Shown piece after piece: positions 1 to 9,376 of a stretch of 64,000 nt of DNA. The notes below the pieces were generated by a model, which ran no database searches, had not been told where the DNA came from, and was given only the letters and a program-made list of their open reading frames with translations. The stretch covers positions 160,001-224,000 of the forward strand of contig CBDESU010000002.1 in assembly GCA_965242695.1 (NCBI GenBank). The letters run 5' to 3'. The position numbers were made by a program, and so were the translations under genes. The stretch comes from Cenarchaeum sp. (GTDB lineage Archaea; Thermoproteota; Nitrososphaeria; Nitrososphaerales; Nitrosopumilaceae). The number at the start of each line of letters is the position of its first letter. Within the stretch, counting starts at the first letter, position 1.

Positions 1-1811
1 GCCGTGCCGGGGCCGGGCTGCGCCTCCTCGGCCGTGCCGGGGCCGGGCTGCGCCTCCTCGGCCGCCTTGCGGTACGCCTCGGCCGAGACCTCGCTGACCA
101 GGGCCTTGAGGGCATCGAGCTTTGGCTTGAGGGAGGCAGAGTCGCCAGAGAGCGCCTCGCGGACCTCGCGTATGGCGTCGGTCACCTTGATGCCCTGCTC
201 CTGCGTGATCTTGCCCTTTAGCGTGTCGTTGACCATCTTTTCGGCGCTGTACACAAAGCCCTCCGCCTCGTTCTTGACCTCGACGGCCTCCCTCTTGGCC
301 TTGTCCTCGTCGGCGAACTTTTCGGCGTCCTCCTTGAGGCGGCTGATCTCGTCGTCGGACAGCTTTGTGCTCGACTCGATCGTAATCTTGGCCTCCTTTT
401 GCGTCCCCAGGTCCTTTGCCGTCACGTTGATGATCCCGTTGGCGTCGATGTCGAACTTTACCTCGATCTGGGGCGTGCCGCGCGGCGCCGGCGGCAGGTC
501 GGTGAGGTTGAAGCTGCCGAGCGAGACGTTGTCGGCCGCCATGGGCCTCTCGCCCTGCACCACGTGGATCGTCACGGCCGTCTGGTTGTCGGCCGCAGTC
601 GTAAACGTCTTGCTCTTCGACGTCGGGATGGTCGTGTTGCGCTCTATGAGCGGCTCGCGTATGTTGCCGAGCGTCTCGATCCCGAGCGTGAGCGGCGTCA
701 CGTCGAGCAGGACGATGTCGCTTGCCACGTCGCCGGCGATGATGCCCGCCTGTATCGCGGCCCCCATCGAGACGGCCTCCATGGGGTCGACGCCCGACTC
801 GGCGTCGCGGCCGACGACGCCGCTCACGAACCGCCGGACGGACGGCATCCTCGTCGGGCCGCCGACCATGACGATCTTTGCAACGTCCGACGACTGGAGG
901 GACGCGTCGGCAAGCGCCTTTTCGATCGACGCGCGGCACCTGTCGATTATGGGGCCGACCAGGTCCTCGAGCCTTGCCCGCGTCAGGCGCAGCTCCAGGT
1001 TCTTGGCGCCCGACGGGCCGCTTGCGATGAACGGCAGGTTTACGTCCGTCTCCATTACCGTCGACAGCTCGATCTTTGCCTTTTCAGCCGCCTCGCGCAC
1101 GCGCATCATCGCGGTGTGGTCTAGCGACAGGTCGATGCCCTCCTTCTTCCTAAACTCGTCGACCACGTGGTCGATGAGCGCCTTGTCCATGTCGGCGCCG
1201 CCGAGCTGCGTGTCGCCCGACGTGCTGAGGACCTCGAACACGCCGCCGCCCATCTCCATGATGGTCACGTCGAGCGTGCCGCCCCCAAAGTCGAACACGA
1301 GTATCTTCATGTCCTCGCTGGCCTTGTCGAGTCCGAATGCTAGCGACGCGGCGGTCGGCTCGTTGATTATGCGCACCACGTCGAGGCCGGCTATCGTCCC
1401 GGCGTCCTTTGTCGCCTGGCGCTGGTTGTCGTCAAAGTAGGCAGGTACGGTAATGACGGCCTTTTCGATCGGCTCGCCGACGAACGCCTCGGCGTCCTTC
1501 TTGATCTTTTGGAGTATGAACGAGGATATCTGCTGCGGCTTGTACTCCTTGCCCTGTATGCTGAACGCATAGTCCTGGCCCATCTTGCGCTTGGCCTCGC
1601 GGACCGTGTTGTCGGGGTTTGTGACGGCCTGGCGCCTGGCCGGCTCGCCGACGAGCAGCTCGCCGTCCTTTGAGAATGCGACGACCGACGGGAACGCCTT
1701 GCCGCCGACGGTTGCGCCCTCGGCCGCCGGTATGATGGTCGGCTTGCCGCCCATCATCACCGCCGCCGCCGAGTTGCTCGTCCCCAAGTCTATACCTACT
1801 ACTTTGGCCAT
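1..1811 (-). CDS. dnaK: Molecular chaperone DnaK (Hsp70); 3' end runs off the window
   Basis: Minus strand from ATG at 1811 reads [14 protein letters not shown], followed by [26 protein letters not shown] and DFGGGTLDV Hsp70 motifs. It is missing from the ORF track because its stop lies outside the window. Confidence 0.97.
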   Translation of the reverse strand, partial: MAKVVGIDLGTSNSAAAVMMGGKPTIIPAAEGATVGGKAFPSVVAFSKDGELLVGEPARRQAVTNPDNTVREAKRKMGQDYAFSIQGKEYKPQQISSFILQKIKKDAEAFVGEPIEKAVITVPAYFDDNQRQATKDAGTIAGLDVVRIINEPTAASLAFGLDKASEDMKILVFDFGGGTLDVTIMEMGGGVFEVLSTSGDTQLGGADMDKALIDHVVDEFRKKEGIDLSLDHTAMMRVREAAEKAKIELSTVMETDVNLPFIASGPSGAKNLELRLTRARLEDLVGPIIDRCRASIEKALADASLQSSDVAKIVMVGGPTRMPSVRRFVSGVVGRDAESGVDPMEAVSMGAAIQAGIIAGDVASDIVLLDVTPLTLGIETLGNIREPLIERNTTIPTSKSKTFTTAADNQTAVTIHVVQGERPMAADNVSLGSFNLTDLPPAPRGTPQIEVKFDIDANGIINVTAKDLGTQKEAKITIESSTKLSDDEISRLKEDAEKFADEDKAKREAVEVKNEAEGFVYSAEKMVNDTLKGKITQEQGIKVTDAIREVREALSGDSASLKPKLDALKALVSEVSAEAYRKAAEEAQPGPGTAEEAQPGPGT

Positions 1812-2573
1812 CTACACACCTGCCTCCTTCGTCGCGGGCCTTTTCGAAATGACGACCCGCGAGGGCCTAATAATCCTTTCATCGAGCGAGTACCCGCGGG
1901 CGGCCTCGGCGGTGATCGTCCCCTCGTCCAGCGCCCCGTCCTCCACCGTCGCGACGGCCTCGTGCCTGTGGGGGTCGAATATCTCGCCGATCGCCTCGAT
2001 CGGCTCGACGCCGTGCTTTGAGAGCGCCGAGTCCATGCCCCTCAGTACGGTATCGAGGCCGGCCGAGACCGCCTCGGTGCCCGCGGTGCCGGCGCCGGCT
2101 GCCTTTGCGGCCCGCTCAAAGTCGTCGCGCACGGAGACCATGTCGGCGGCGAACCTGGCGACGCGCTCGCGCACGGCGGCGTCGACGTCCCCCCGGGCGC
2201 GGCGCTCAAGGTTGCGGTAGTCGGCCAGGGCGCGGCGCAGCTGCGCTTCCAGCCCGGCCGCCCGGTCCTCGGCATCATGCAGCCTAGAGCGCAGATCGCC
2301 GCCGTCCTGGGGCGGCGCCTCTCCATTCGCCTCTTCCTCCTCCCCTTCGCCGGCGCCGCCAGGGGGAGCCGAACCTGGGGCGGCCGCATCGCCGGCGCCG
2401 CCAGGGGGAGCCGAACCTGGGGCGGCCGCATCGCCGGCGCCAGCCCCGGAGGGGGCTGCCGGGGCGGCCGCATCGGCGCGGCGATCCGAGCCTCCCGGCG
2501 CGGCGGCGGGCCCGCCCCCCGCCTCCCCGCCCCCAATGTCGACGGGAACCGAGTCGTCGCTGTCGCCGGCCAA
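1812..2573 (-). CDS. grpE: Nucleotide exchange factor GrpE
   Basis: RALADYRNLERR, FDPHRHEAV and GYSLDERIIRPSRVVI motifs; abuts dnaK. Start assigned to TTG at 2573, downstream of an ATTATAAT TATA-like box at ~2598-2605. Low-complexity N-terminus with a 42-bp duplication. Confidence 0.93.
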   Translation of the reverse strand: MAGDSDDSVPVDIGGGEAGGGPAAAPGGSDRRADAAAPAAPSGAGAGDAAAPGSAPPGGAGDAAAPGSAPPGGAGEGEEEEANGEAPPQDGGDLRSRLHDAEDRAAGLEAQLRRALADYRNLERRARGDVDAAVRERVARFAADMVSVRDDFERAAKAAGAGTAGTEAVSAGLDTVLRGMDSALSKHGVEPIEAIGEIFDPHRHEAVATVEDGALDEGTITAEAARGYSLDERIIRPSRVVISKRPATKEAGV

Positions 2574-2607
2574 CCCGGCGCGGCGCGGCGGCGTCCGATT
2601 ATAATTG

Positions 2608-4023
2608 CTAGCGCTCTGCGGCTTCCTTGGGCCTCTGGCGCGACTTGGGCTTGGCGGGAGGCCTGCGGCCTGCGGCAGGTGCGGCGGCCGCGCCGATCCG
2701 CCTCTCGCCCTCCTGCCCGGCATGCGGCGCCGACAGCATGTCGATTGCCTCGCATGCGGCGTTGGCCTTTACTATTATCATGTCGCGATCCTCGCCGTGC
2801 TCCAGCGCCTCGTCGAGGTCCGCCTCGGTGCACGCCACGAGTATGATCGTCTTGTCGCTCCTGTACACGCTGCCGACGCCGCCGCCGGCGTGCGCGGCGG
2901 GCGGCAGCGCCGCGTCCGCGTCGAACCAGTTGTGCATCTCGACGTCGGTGATGTGATCGTGCAGCATCTCGACGAGCATCCCGGCGGCCTTTGCCTTGTC
3001 GGTTCGCATCGTGCGCGGATCATACCGCCACGAGACGACGACCCGCGTCTTGCTCGGCCTGAGATCGCCGGCCTTGAGGATGTGGCGGACCGTGTCGACG
3101 ACGTGCTTCTTGTAGTTGACGACCGCCTTGGCCGACGAGTTGATCTGCGAGAGCACGGCGCTGCTGTTCTCCAGCGTGCCGTGGACCATCATAAGGTCGT
3201 ACATGCCCGAGACCATGTCGTCGACGAACACCGAGTCGTACTCGGCGGAAAGCGGCGCGCCGCCGCCCCTGCCCGAGCCCGACGCCCTGCCGCGCGCCAG
3301 CCTGTACACCTCCAGCATCGAGTGCACCGACAAAAAGTGCGACAGGACGCGGATGGCGTGCACCGACTCGGCCGACTTTAGGGGGACGAACTCGCGCTCC
3401 CGGCCGTCGGCGGCGGACAGCAGGGATGCGAGCACCTCGTCGGCGGCGCCTGGCGGCGCCACGGTGCCGGCCGGGACGGCGGCCGAGCCGACCACGCCCG
3501 GCGGCCCCCCGGGGCCCCCAAGCGGGTAGTAGTAGTAGGACACCCCCGCGCCCGCATCGTACCCCGTCGTGTGCTCGACCAGCGTCACATGGTCGGCGCT
3601 GTCGCCGAGCCCCACGGGCAGGCAGTAGACTACGGCAGAGTTCTTGGGCAGCTTTGCGGCGGCATCCTTCAGCTTTAGGCCCAGCTCGGCGCCGTGGTCG
3701 TCGCGGCCGGCCCGCAGGCGGGGCGCAAAGAACAGGTACTGCGCCCTCGCGACCGCCGTGCCTATGGGCACGAGCGAGAGCAGCGGCTCGTCGGTCCTCA
3801 GCGAGTGCACGTCGGGGTACGTCCTGGCCACCTCGGGCTTTAGCTCGATCGCCGACGGAGTCGACTCGTCGACTATCCACACATCGGCCCCGGCCACGGC
3901 CATGGGCTTGGCCAGGCCGTACCCCTCGGTGCTGAGGCCGTACACCACCACGCGGGCCCCCACTGCGGGGGATGCCGGTTCCCGCCCCGATCGGGCCGGA
4001 GATGCGCCGGATCCCGCTGCCAT
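2608..4023 (-). CDS. Conserved hypothetical protein resembling a degenerate nucleotide-sugar dehydrogenase (Rossmann-like N-terminus)
   Basis: Begins with VVVYGLSTEGYGLA...VWIVDE, a Rossmann-like pattern. Overall layout resembles UDP-sugar dehydrogenases but catalytic motifs are not evident. Confidence 0.55.
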   Translation of the reverse strand: MAAGSGASPARSGREPASPAVGARVVVYGLSTEGYGLAKPMAVAGADVWIVDESTPSAIELKPEVARTYPDVHSLRTDEPLLSLVPIGTAVARAQYLFFAPRLRAGRDDHGAELGLKLKDAAAKLPKNSAVVYCLPVGLGDSADHVTLVEHTTGYDAGAGVSYYYYPLGGPGGPPGVVGSAAVPAGTVAPPGAADEVLASLLSAADGREREFVPLKSAESVHAIRVLSHFLSVHSMLEVYRLARGRASGSGRGGGAPLSAEYDSVFVDDMVSGMYDLMMVHGTLENSSAVLSQINSSAKAVVNYKKHVVDTVRHILKAGDLRPSKTRVVVSWRYDPRTMRTDKAKAAGMLVEMLHDHITDVEMHNWFDADAALPPAAHAGGGVGSVYRSDKTIILVACTEADLDEALEHGEDRDMIIVKANAACEAIDMLSAPHAGQEGERRIGAAAAPAAGRRPPAKPKSRQRPKEAAER

Positions 4024-4134
4024 GGCGCCGTTGGGCGCGGGGCGGTAATAAGGGCGGCGCCGCGGCCGGGCGCCGGGGCCCGCGCCGCGGCCGGGCGCAA
4101 AGCCAAAATTAGGGGGCGTCCCGCCCCCGTCCGA

Positions 4135-4207
4135 AGCCCGATAGTGTAGCGGTCAAGCACGGGGGCCTTTGAAGCCCTTGGCCCCAGTTCGAATCTGGGT
4201 CGGGCTA
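4135..4207 (+). tRNA. tRNA-Gln (anticodon TTG)
   Basis: AGCCCGA/TCGGGCT acceptor stem, D-arm TAGTGTAGCGGTCAAGCAC, anticodon loop CT-TTG-AA, T-loop GTTCGAATC; no encoded CCA. Confidence 0.95.
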
Positions 4208-4251
4208 TCCAACCGCCGCCTCCGCCGCCGCCGCCGCAGCCCGCGCGGCGC

Positions 4252-5016
4252 CTAAAAGTCGAGGCGCGTGAGCATCTTTATCGCGACCGCGAACAGGCCG
4301 GCGGCAAGGCACACCAGCACGGCCATCTCGACGAGCACGAACCCGGCCGGGCCGGCCCCGAACATGCCGGCCCGGACCACGTCGACGAGGTACGTGAGCG
4401 GGTTGAGGTAGAACGCGGTGGCGAGCGGCTCGGGCGCCCCCTCGGCGGGGTAGAAGGCCGTGCTGACGAACGCAAAGAAGAGGAACACGGTGTTGATTAT
4501 GACGTTGAAGCCCTCGCTGGAGCGCAGCCGGGTCGATATTATCGACGCCGTCGAGCCGAACAGTATCGACCCCGACACGGCGGCAAAGACGATCAGCGGC
4601 ACGGTGTACAGCCCGAACTCGGCCTGGCCGTGGTACACGGCGACGCCGAGCACCGCTATGAGGGCCGCGCTGGCGAGCCCCACTATCCCCTGCGTGATGA
4701 CGTTGCCGAGGATGTAGTGGGCCCGCGTGAACGGGCCGGACATGATCTGCTCGAACATGCCGTGCCGGCGGTCGTTCCATATTATGATGCCCGTCACGAG
4801 CGTGCTGTTCATGATGTTGAACGCGATCATGCCGGTCGCAAGGTACGCCGGATAGTCTAGCTGGCGCCCCCCGAACGGGACCACGTCTATGAGCGACGTG
4901 TACGCAAACCCGGCGACGAAGACGTAGATGAGCGGGAATATGACCTGCCATATGAGGAACCCCGGGTTGAGCGATATCGTCAGGTTGCGGCTGACGAGCC
5001 TAGCTACGGGGTGCAT
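4252..5016 (-). CDS. ABC-2 type transporter permease
   Basis: About six hydrophobic segments, FVSTAFYP and LNPLTYLVD ABC-2 motifs; overlaps the ATPase gene. Confidence 0.9.
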   Translation of the reverse strand: MHPVARLVSRNLTISLNPGFLIWQVIFPLIYVFVAGFAYTSLIDVVPFGGRQLDYPAYLATGMIAFNIMNSTLVTGIIIWNDRRHGMFEQIMSGPFTRAHYILGNVITQGIVGLASAALIAVLGVAVYHGQAEFGLYTVPLIVFAAVSGSILFGSTASIISTRLRSSEGFNVIINTVFLFFAFVSTAFYPAEGAPEPLATAFYLNPLTYLVDVVRAGMFGAGPAGFVLVEMAVLVCLAAGLFAVAIKMLTRLDF

Positions 5017-5935
5017 CGGACTCCCCCACCACCCTCAGGAACGCCTCCTCGAGGTTCGTCGGCACGGCCGAGAGGCTCTCGATGCGCGTGCCGGCGGCGG
5101 CGAGCACCTCGAGGGCGCGCGCCAGCTGGGCGCCGCCCGACTCGGGCGACCGGACCGTGACCGTCCCGTCGCCGACGGTGCACCCCCCGATGGCGCGCAG
5201 CCGCGCCGCAGCCGCGCCGCCGACCGATGAGACGCCGATCCTCACGGTCCGCTCGACGCCGAACCGCGCCTTCAGGTCGTCGGGCGAGCCGACGGCCACG
5301 ATGCGCCCCCTGTTGATTATGGCGATCTCGTCGCACAGGTACTCTGCCTCGGTCAGCACGTGCGTCGTGTAGAATATCGTCAGGCCGGCGCGGGCCCTTG
5401 CGCGCAGGCGGTCGAGCAGGATGCGGCGCGCGGCCGGATCGAGGCCCACTGTCGGCTCGTCAAGGAAGAGCAGGTCCATGTCGTGCATGAACTCGCGGGC
5501 GACCTGCACGCGGCGCCTCTGCCCTATCGACAGGTCGTCGTTGCGCTTGCCGCGTATGTCGGCAAGGTCGAAGTCGTCGAGCAGCGCGGCGGCGCGCTCG
5601 GACCGCTCGGCGCGCGGGACGTCCCACATCATTCCGTACTTTTCGAGGGACTGCTGGACGGTCAGCGTCGGCTCGTAGCTGTGCTGCTGGAGGACGACGC
5701 CGATCCTGCGGCGCACCTCGAGCGGCGAGGCGACCGCATCGATGCCCAGGACGGCCAGGCTTCCCGCGTCGGGGCGGACGAGCGTCGTGAGCATCTTGAT
5801 CGTCGTCGACTTGCCGGCGCCGTTCGGGCCCAGAAACCCAAAGACGGCCCCTGCGCCCACCGACAGGTCGATTCCGTCGACGGCCGGTGCGCCCTTGTAC
5901 GACTTTGACAGCGACTTTGCCTCGATGGACAGCAC
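5000..5935 (-). CDS. ABC transporter ATP-binding protein (DrrA-like)
   Basis: Walker A GPNGAGKST, signature LSIGQRRR, Walker B LFLDEPT, TTH switch, C-terminal NLEEAF. Confidence 0.95.
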   Translation of the reverse strand: MLSIEAKSLSKSYKGAPAVDGIDLSVGAGAVFGFLGPNGAGKSTTIKMLTTLVRPDAGSLAVLGIDAVASPLEVRRRIGVVLQQHSYEPTLTVQQSLEKYGMMWDVPRAERSERAAALLDDFDLADIRGKRNDDLSIGQRRRVQVAREFMHDMDLLFLDEPTVGLDPAARRILLDRLRARARAGLTIFYTTHVLTEAEYLCDEIAIINRGRIVAVGSPDDLKARFGVERTVRIGVSSVGGAAAARLRAIGGCTVGDGTVTVRSPESGGAQLARALEVLAAAGTRIESLSAVPTNLEEAFLRVVGESDAPRS

Positions 5936-6140
5936 GGCGGCGCGGGGGCGCGGGCGGGTAATTTAGCTAGCGGATATGGGCGGCGCACGGGGGAGGCGGG
6001 GCGCTTCATGCGGCGGCGCGTGGGGCAGAGGCTGGGGCGGGGGGCTGGGCAAGAGGGGGGGCTAGAATGGCTGGGACCGAGCGGAAGCGGGCGGGGCAGC
6101 GGGGGCGGGCAGCGCGACGGAGGGGCGGCGGGGGCGGCGC

Positions 6141-6269
6141 CTAGCGGCGCACGTACAGCATTGGCTGCTCGTCGGGGCCGTCGTCAAACTCGCGTATGAT
6201 GCGGGGGTAAAAGGCGGCAGGCCTAGGCGCTGCCCCCTCGCCGTCCCGCACGGCACGGTGCATGCTCAT
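6141..6269 (-). CDS. Putative 42-aa small protein divergent from the DUF6293 regulator
   Basis: ATG at 6269 to TAG at 6141 gives MSMHRAVRDGEGAAPRPAAFYPRIIREFDDGPDEQPMLYVRR. It has protein-like composition and shares the AT-rich 6290-6330 promoter region. Confidence 0.35.
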   Translation of the reverse strand: MSMHRAVRDGEGAAPRPAAFYPRIIREFDDGPDEQPMLYVRR

Positions 6270-6333
6270 GCCGCAAGCGGGCGGCGTGAAAGTATTATAT
6301 ACCATCTAGATACTATCCATAGCGTAGATACCG

Positions 6334-7158
6334 ATGAAGATGCTCGAGGGGATGAGGGTCCACATTGCGCCGGTCGGGTTCGAGGTCGACAGGATCGTAC
6401 TGCCCGCCAAGATGCGCAAGGCCGACAGGGTGTGGCTGCTAGTGCACAACAACGCGTCGGCCGACAAGGCGAACCAGTTCATAGCAGAGATCAAGAAAAA
6501 GCTCGCCAAGATGGGGATCGAGTCCCTAGACAGGTCAGTCGACAGAACCGACCTGTTCGACATCATGCGCGAGGTCCGCGGGATCATCAAGGCCGAGAGG
6601 GACGCCGGCAACGTCGTGTTCGTCAACGTCGCATCCGGCTCGAAGATACAGGCGATCGGCTGCATGATGGCATGCATGACGATGCGCGACATAGGCGGCG
6701 TCGTGCCGTTCTACCCAGAGGCCAAGGAGTACGTGGGGTACGAGGACGGGCAGCAGCGGGCGGGCGGCGGCGGCGGCGCCACCAGGCAGCAGTCGGTCGG
6801 CGTCAAGAACATAGTGCAGCTGCCGATGTACGGGGTGCAGGTGCCCGACGGCCGGCTGGTCAAGGCGCTGAGCCTGATCAAGGACAACGGGGGGACCATG
6901 ACAAAGAAGGAGCTTGCCGTGGTGGCCGAGGAAAGGGGCATCATCAGCGTCAACGCGCGCAGGGAAGAGCACCGCTCCATGGTCAGGTATACCACCCTAG
7001 ACAAGGCCATCATACAGCCGCTCAAGGACAAGTGGAAGCTCATTGACGTCGAAAAGATCGGCAGAAACCACCATGTCAGGATAAACGAGGACGGGCTGCA
7101 CGTAGTCCAGTTCCTCTTGCCCCCCGCAGAGCCCGATGCGGCCGGCGCGGAGGGGTAG
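6334..7158 (+). CDS. HFX_2341/DUF6293-family transcriptional regulator (CARF-like Rossmann domain plus wHTH)
   Basis: [30 protein letters not shown] and C-terminal wHTH (MTKKELA...[25 protein letters not shown]). Confidence 0.8.
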   Translation: MKMLEGMRVHIAPVGFEVDRIVLPAKMRKADRVWLLVHNNASADKANQFIAEIKKKLAKMGIESLDRSVDRTDLFDIMREVRGIIKAERDAGNVVFVNVASGSKIQAIGCMMACMTMRDIGGVVPFYPEAKEYVGYEDGQQRAGGGGGATRQQSVGVKNIVQLPMYGVQVPDGRLVKALSLIKDNGGTMTKKELAVVAEERGIISVNARREEHRSMVRYTTLDKAIIQPLKDKWKLIDVEKIGRNHHVRINEDGLHVVQFLLPPAEPDAAGAEG

Positions 7159-7200
7159 CGGCGGGGCGGCGGGGGAGAGGGGCGCCCGGTCGGCAGGCGT

Positions 7201-7314
7201 CGATGCCGATGCCGATGCCGATGCCGATGCCGATGCCGATGCCGATGCCGATGCCGATGCCGATGCCGATGCCGATGCCGATGCCGATGCCGATGCCGAT
7301 GCCGATGCCGATGC
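7201..7314. repeat. Perfect hexanucleotide microsatellite (CGATGC)x19
   Basis: Directly visible; intergenic. Confidence 0.97.
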
Positions 7315-7724
7315 GGCGGGTCGCGCGGGCAGGGCAAAACGGGCCGTGCGGGCACGAGAAGGGGCGGCGGCCGGGCTGTCCCGGCCCCATGCCTGGCGCA
7401 GTGCGCCGGATGGGGAAGGGGCGCGCCGCGGCAGATGCCACGTCACGGACGCGCTTTGAAGCATGCCGGGCCGGGTAGGCCGAAGGCCGCCCGCGGGGCA
7501 GCAGGGAGGGCGCCGGCGGAGGAGGGGCGCGGCCGCGGGAGGGGAGGCCGCAGGGAGGGCGCCGGCGGAGGAGGGGCGCGGCCGCAGGCCGGCGCTGCGC
7601 CGCGGACGGGCCGTGCAGCAGGTCTGGGAGGGTGCCGGCGGAGGAAGTTGAACGCGGACATGAGGGGCGCGCCAGACGCCAGACGGGCTCCCGGGAGATC
7701 ACCCCTGCCGGGCTCCGCCGCAGC

Positions 7725-7895
7725 AGCCGGGAGGGGAGGCGGCCGCGCCCCCGCCCGTCCGCGTGTAATACAGCCTGCGGAGCCCCCCGCAGCGGCCGGG
7801 AGGGGAGGCGGCCGCGCCCCCGCCCGTCCGCGTGTAATACAGCCTGCGGAGCCCCCCGCAGCGGCCGGGAGGGGAGGCGGCCGCGCCCCCGCCCG
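7725..7895. repeat. 69-bp tandem repeat, about 2.5 copies, upstream of RPA
   Basis: GCGTGTAATACAGCCTGCGGAGCCCCCCGCAGCGGCCGGGAGGGGAGGCGGCCGCGCCCCCGCCCG recurs at a period of 69 (7761 and 7830). Confidence 0.85.
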
Positions 7896-7932
7896 CACGC
7901 TAGGGCTCGGATCGCCGCCATGAATCCTTATA

Positions 7933-9363
7933 ATGCCGCCCAATTGGGTAGGGCCGTTGTCAGAATCCGAGTTCGAGCAGCTGATGGGCAAGCTCCTCAA
8001 GGAGAGGCCCGAGCTCAACCGCAGCGAGATCGAGCAGGGAATCAAGGACAAGAAGCAAAAGATCGGCGCCGGCTACCTGACCGACCAGGGCGCGCTGTTC
8101 CTGATAGCGTCCGACCTGAACATCTCGCTTGCCGACCCGCTCAAGTCCGAGGTGGGCCTCAAGGACATCCTGCCCGGCGCCAAGGAGGTCACCGTCACGG
8201 CAAAGGTCATGAGCATGTCGGCGGCCAAGCAGTTTCCCCGCAAGGACGGGACGATGTTCTTCCTGCGCACGATGGTCGTGTACGACTCGGACACGGCGAG
8301 GACCGTCAAGATGTGGGACGAAAAGGCCAACCTGCCCGGGGTGGGCGACCTCAAGCCCGGCGACCTCGTGCGGCTCGTGAGGGTGTACGTCAAGGCGGAC
8401 CTCGACGGGTCGCCGACGATCAACGTCGGGTCCGGCTCGGAGGTCGAGATGCCCGACGAGAAGAGCGACATACCGCCGGTCGAGAGCATGACGGTCGACG
8501 TCGGCACGCTATCCGAGGAAAAGATCAACATTGCCGTCTCGGGGCTCGTGGACGGGAGCATCAGCACGATGCAGTACACGAGCCAGCGCGGCAGGGCCGG
8601 CAAGGCCCTCCGCATGCAGCTCAAGGGCGAGGATGGAAGTGCCGTCAGGGTCGTCGTGTGGGGAAAGGACGAAAAGGACCTGCCGGCCGTAATAGTGAAC
8701 GGGTCAAAGGCAAGGCTCTACGGCGTGAAGTCGAAGCAGGCCAACCAGGGGATCGAGGTGCACGGCAGCGAGGCGACGACGATAGTGGTGGACGGGGCCA
8801 AGGAGGCGACCGCCGTAAAGCTGCGGATACTTTCGTCGGCCAGGTCAGACCCCGGGCCGAGCATGGTCTTCGGCGTCGACGCCGACCGCAACACGCTGCG
8901 CGTGCTCGACACGGCCGGCATTACGAACGGGTACGGCCCGGGCGACACGATAGAGTGCATGCCGATCAAGGCGCACGGCAACGTGATCACGCTAGACGGC
9001 GAAAACTCGTACGCGATAAAGACCGAGGGCGAGTTCCCCTCGCTCGACGACGTGATCACAAAGGTGGGCAGCATCAAGGCCGGCGACGAGGGGCGCTGCA
9101 TCAAGGTCATCGTCCTGAACATATCGGACAAGCGCGATATACAGACAAAGAGCGGCGAGCAGGTGGCCCTCGGCGAGATGCTCGTCGAGGACCAGACCGG
9201 CCAGATTACGGTAAAGGGGTGGAGGAACCAGGCGCGGCTCGTCGACACCTGCGCCCTCGGCGAGATCATACAGATTACGGACCTCAACGCCAGGGCCGGC
9301 CTCGAGGGGCGCACCGACCTCGTCCTCGGCGCGTACTCTGTAATCACAAAGGCCGACTCGTAG
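7933..9363 (+). CDS. rpa: Replication protein A / multi-OB-fold single-stranded DNA-binding protein
   Basis: N-terminal helical domain (KKQKIGAGYLTDQGALFLIASDL) plus several OB folds (FPRKDG, VKMWDEKA, VEDQTGQITVKGW). True start may be TTG at ~7957. Confidence 0.85.
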   Translation: MPPNWVGPLSESEFEQLMGKLLKERPELNRSEIEQGIKDKKQKIGAGYLTDQGALFLIASDLNISLADPLKSEVGLKDILPGAKEVTVTAKVMSMSAAKQFPRKDGTMFFLRTMVVYDSDTARTVKMWDEKANLPGVGDLKPGDLVRLVRVYVKADLDGSPTINVGSGSEVEMPDEKSDIPPVESMTVDVGTLSEEKINIAVSGLVDGSISTMQYTSQRGRAGKALRMQLKGEDGSAVRVVVWGKDEKDLPAVIVNGSKARLYGVKSKQANQGIEVHGSEATTIVVDGAKEATAVKLRILSSARSDPGPSMVFGVDADRNTLRVLDTAGITNGYGPGDTIECMPIKAHGNVITLDGENSYAIKTEGEFPSLDDVITKVGSIKAGDEGRCIKVIVLNISDKRDIQTKSGEQVALGEMLVEDQTGQITVKGWRNQARLVDTCALGEIIQITDLNARAGLEGRTDLVLGAYSVITKADS

Positions 9364-9376
9364 CCCCTCGCGGCCG

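Noticed and set aside
4-1440. 478-aa plus-strand ORF, and many similar long Arg/Ala/Pro-rich ORFs across the window
   Set aside because: These are antisense or off-frame shadows of real genes (here dnaK), expected at this GC content.
4135-4207. tRNA-Gln as an integration site
   Set aside because: No duplicate of its 3' end and no integrase were found in the window; the flanking genes are core-like.
6711-7478. ORFs with HR, AS, GI, DA or MP dipeptide runs
   Set aside because: All are translations of the (CGATGC)n microsatellite; none has other protein-like sequence.
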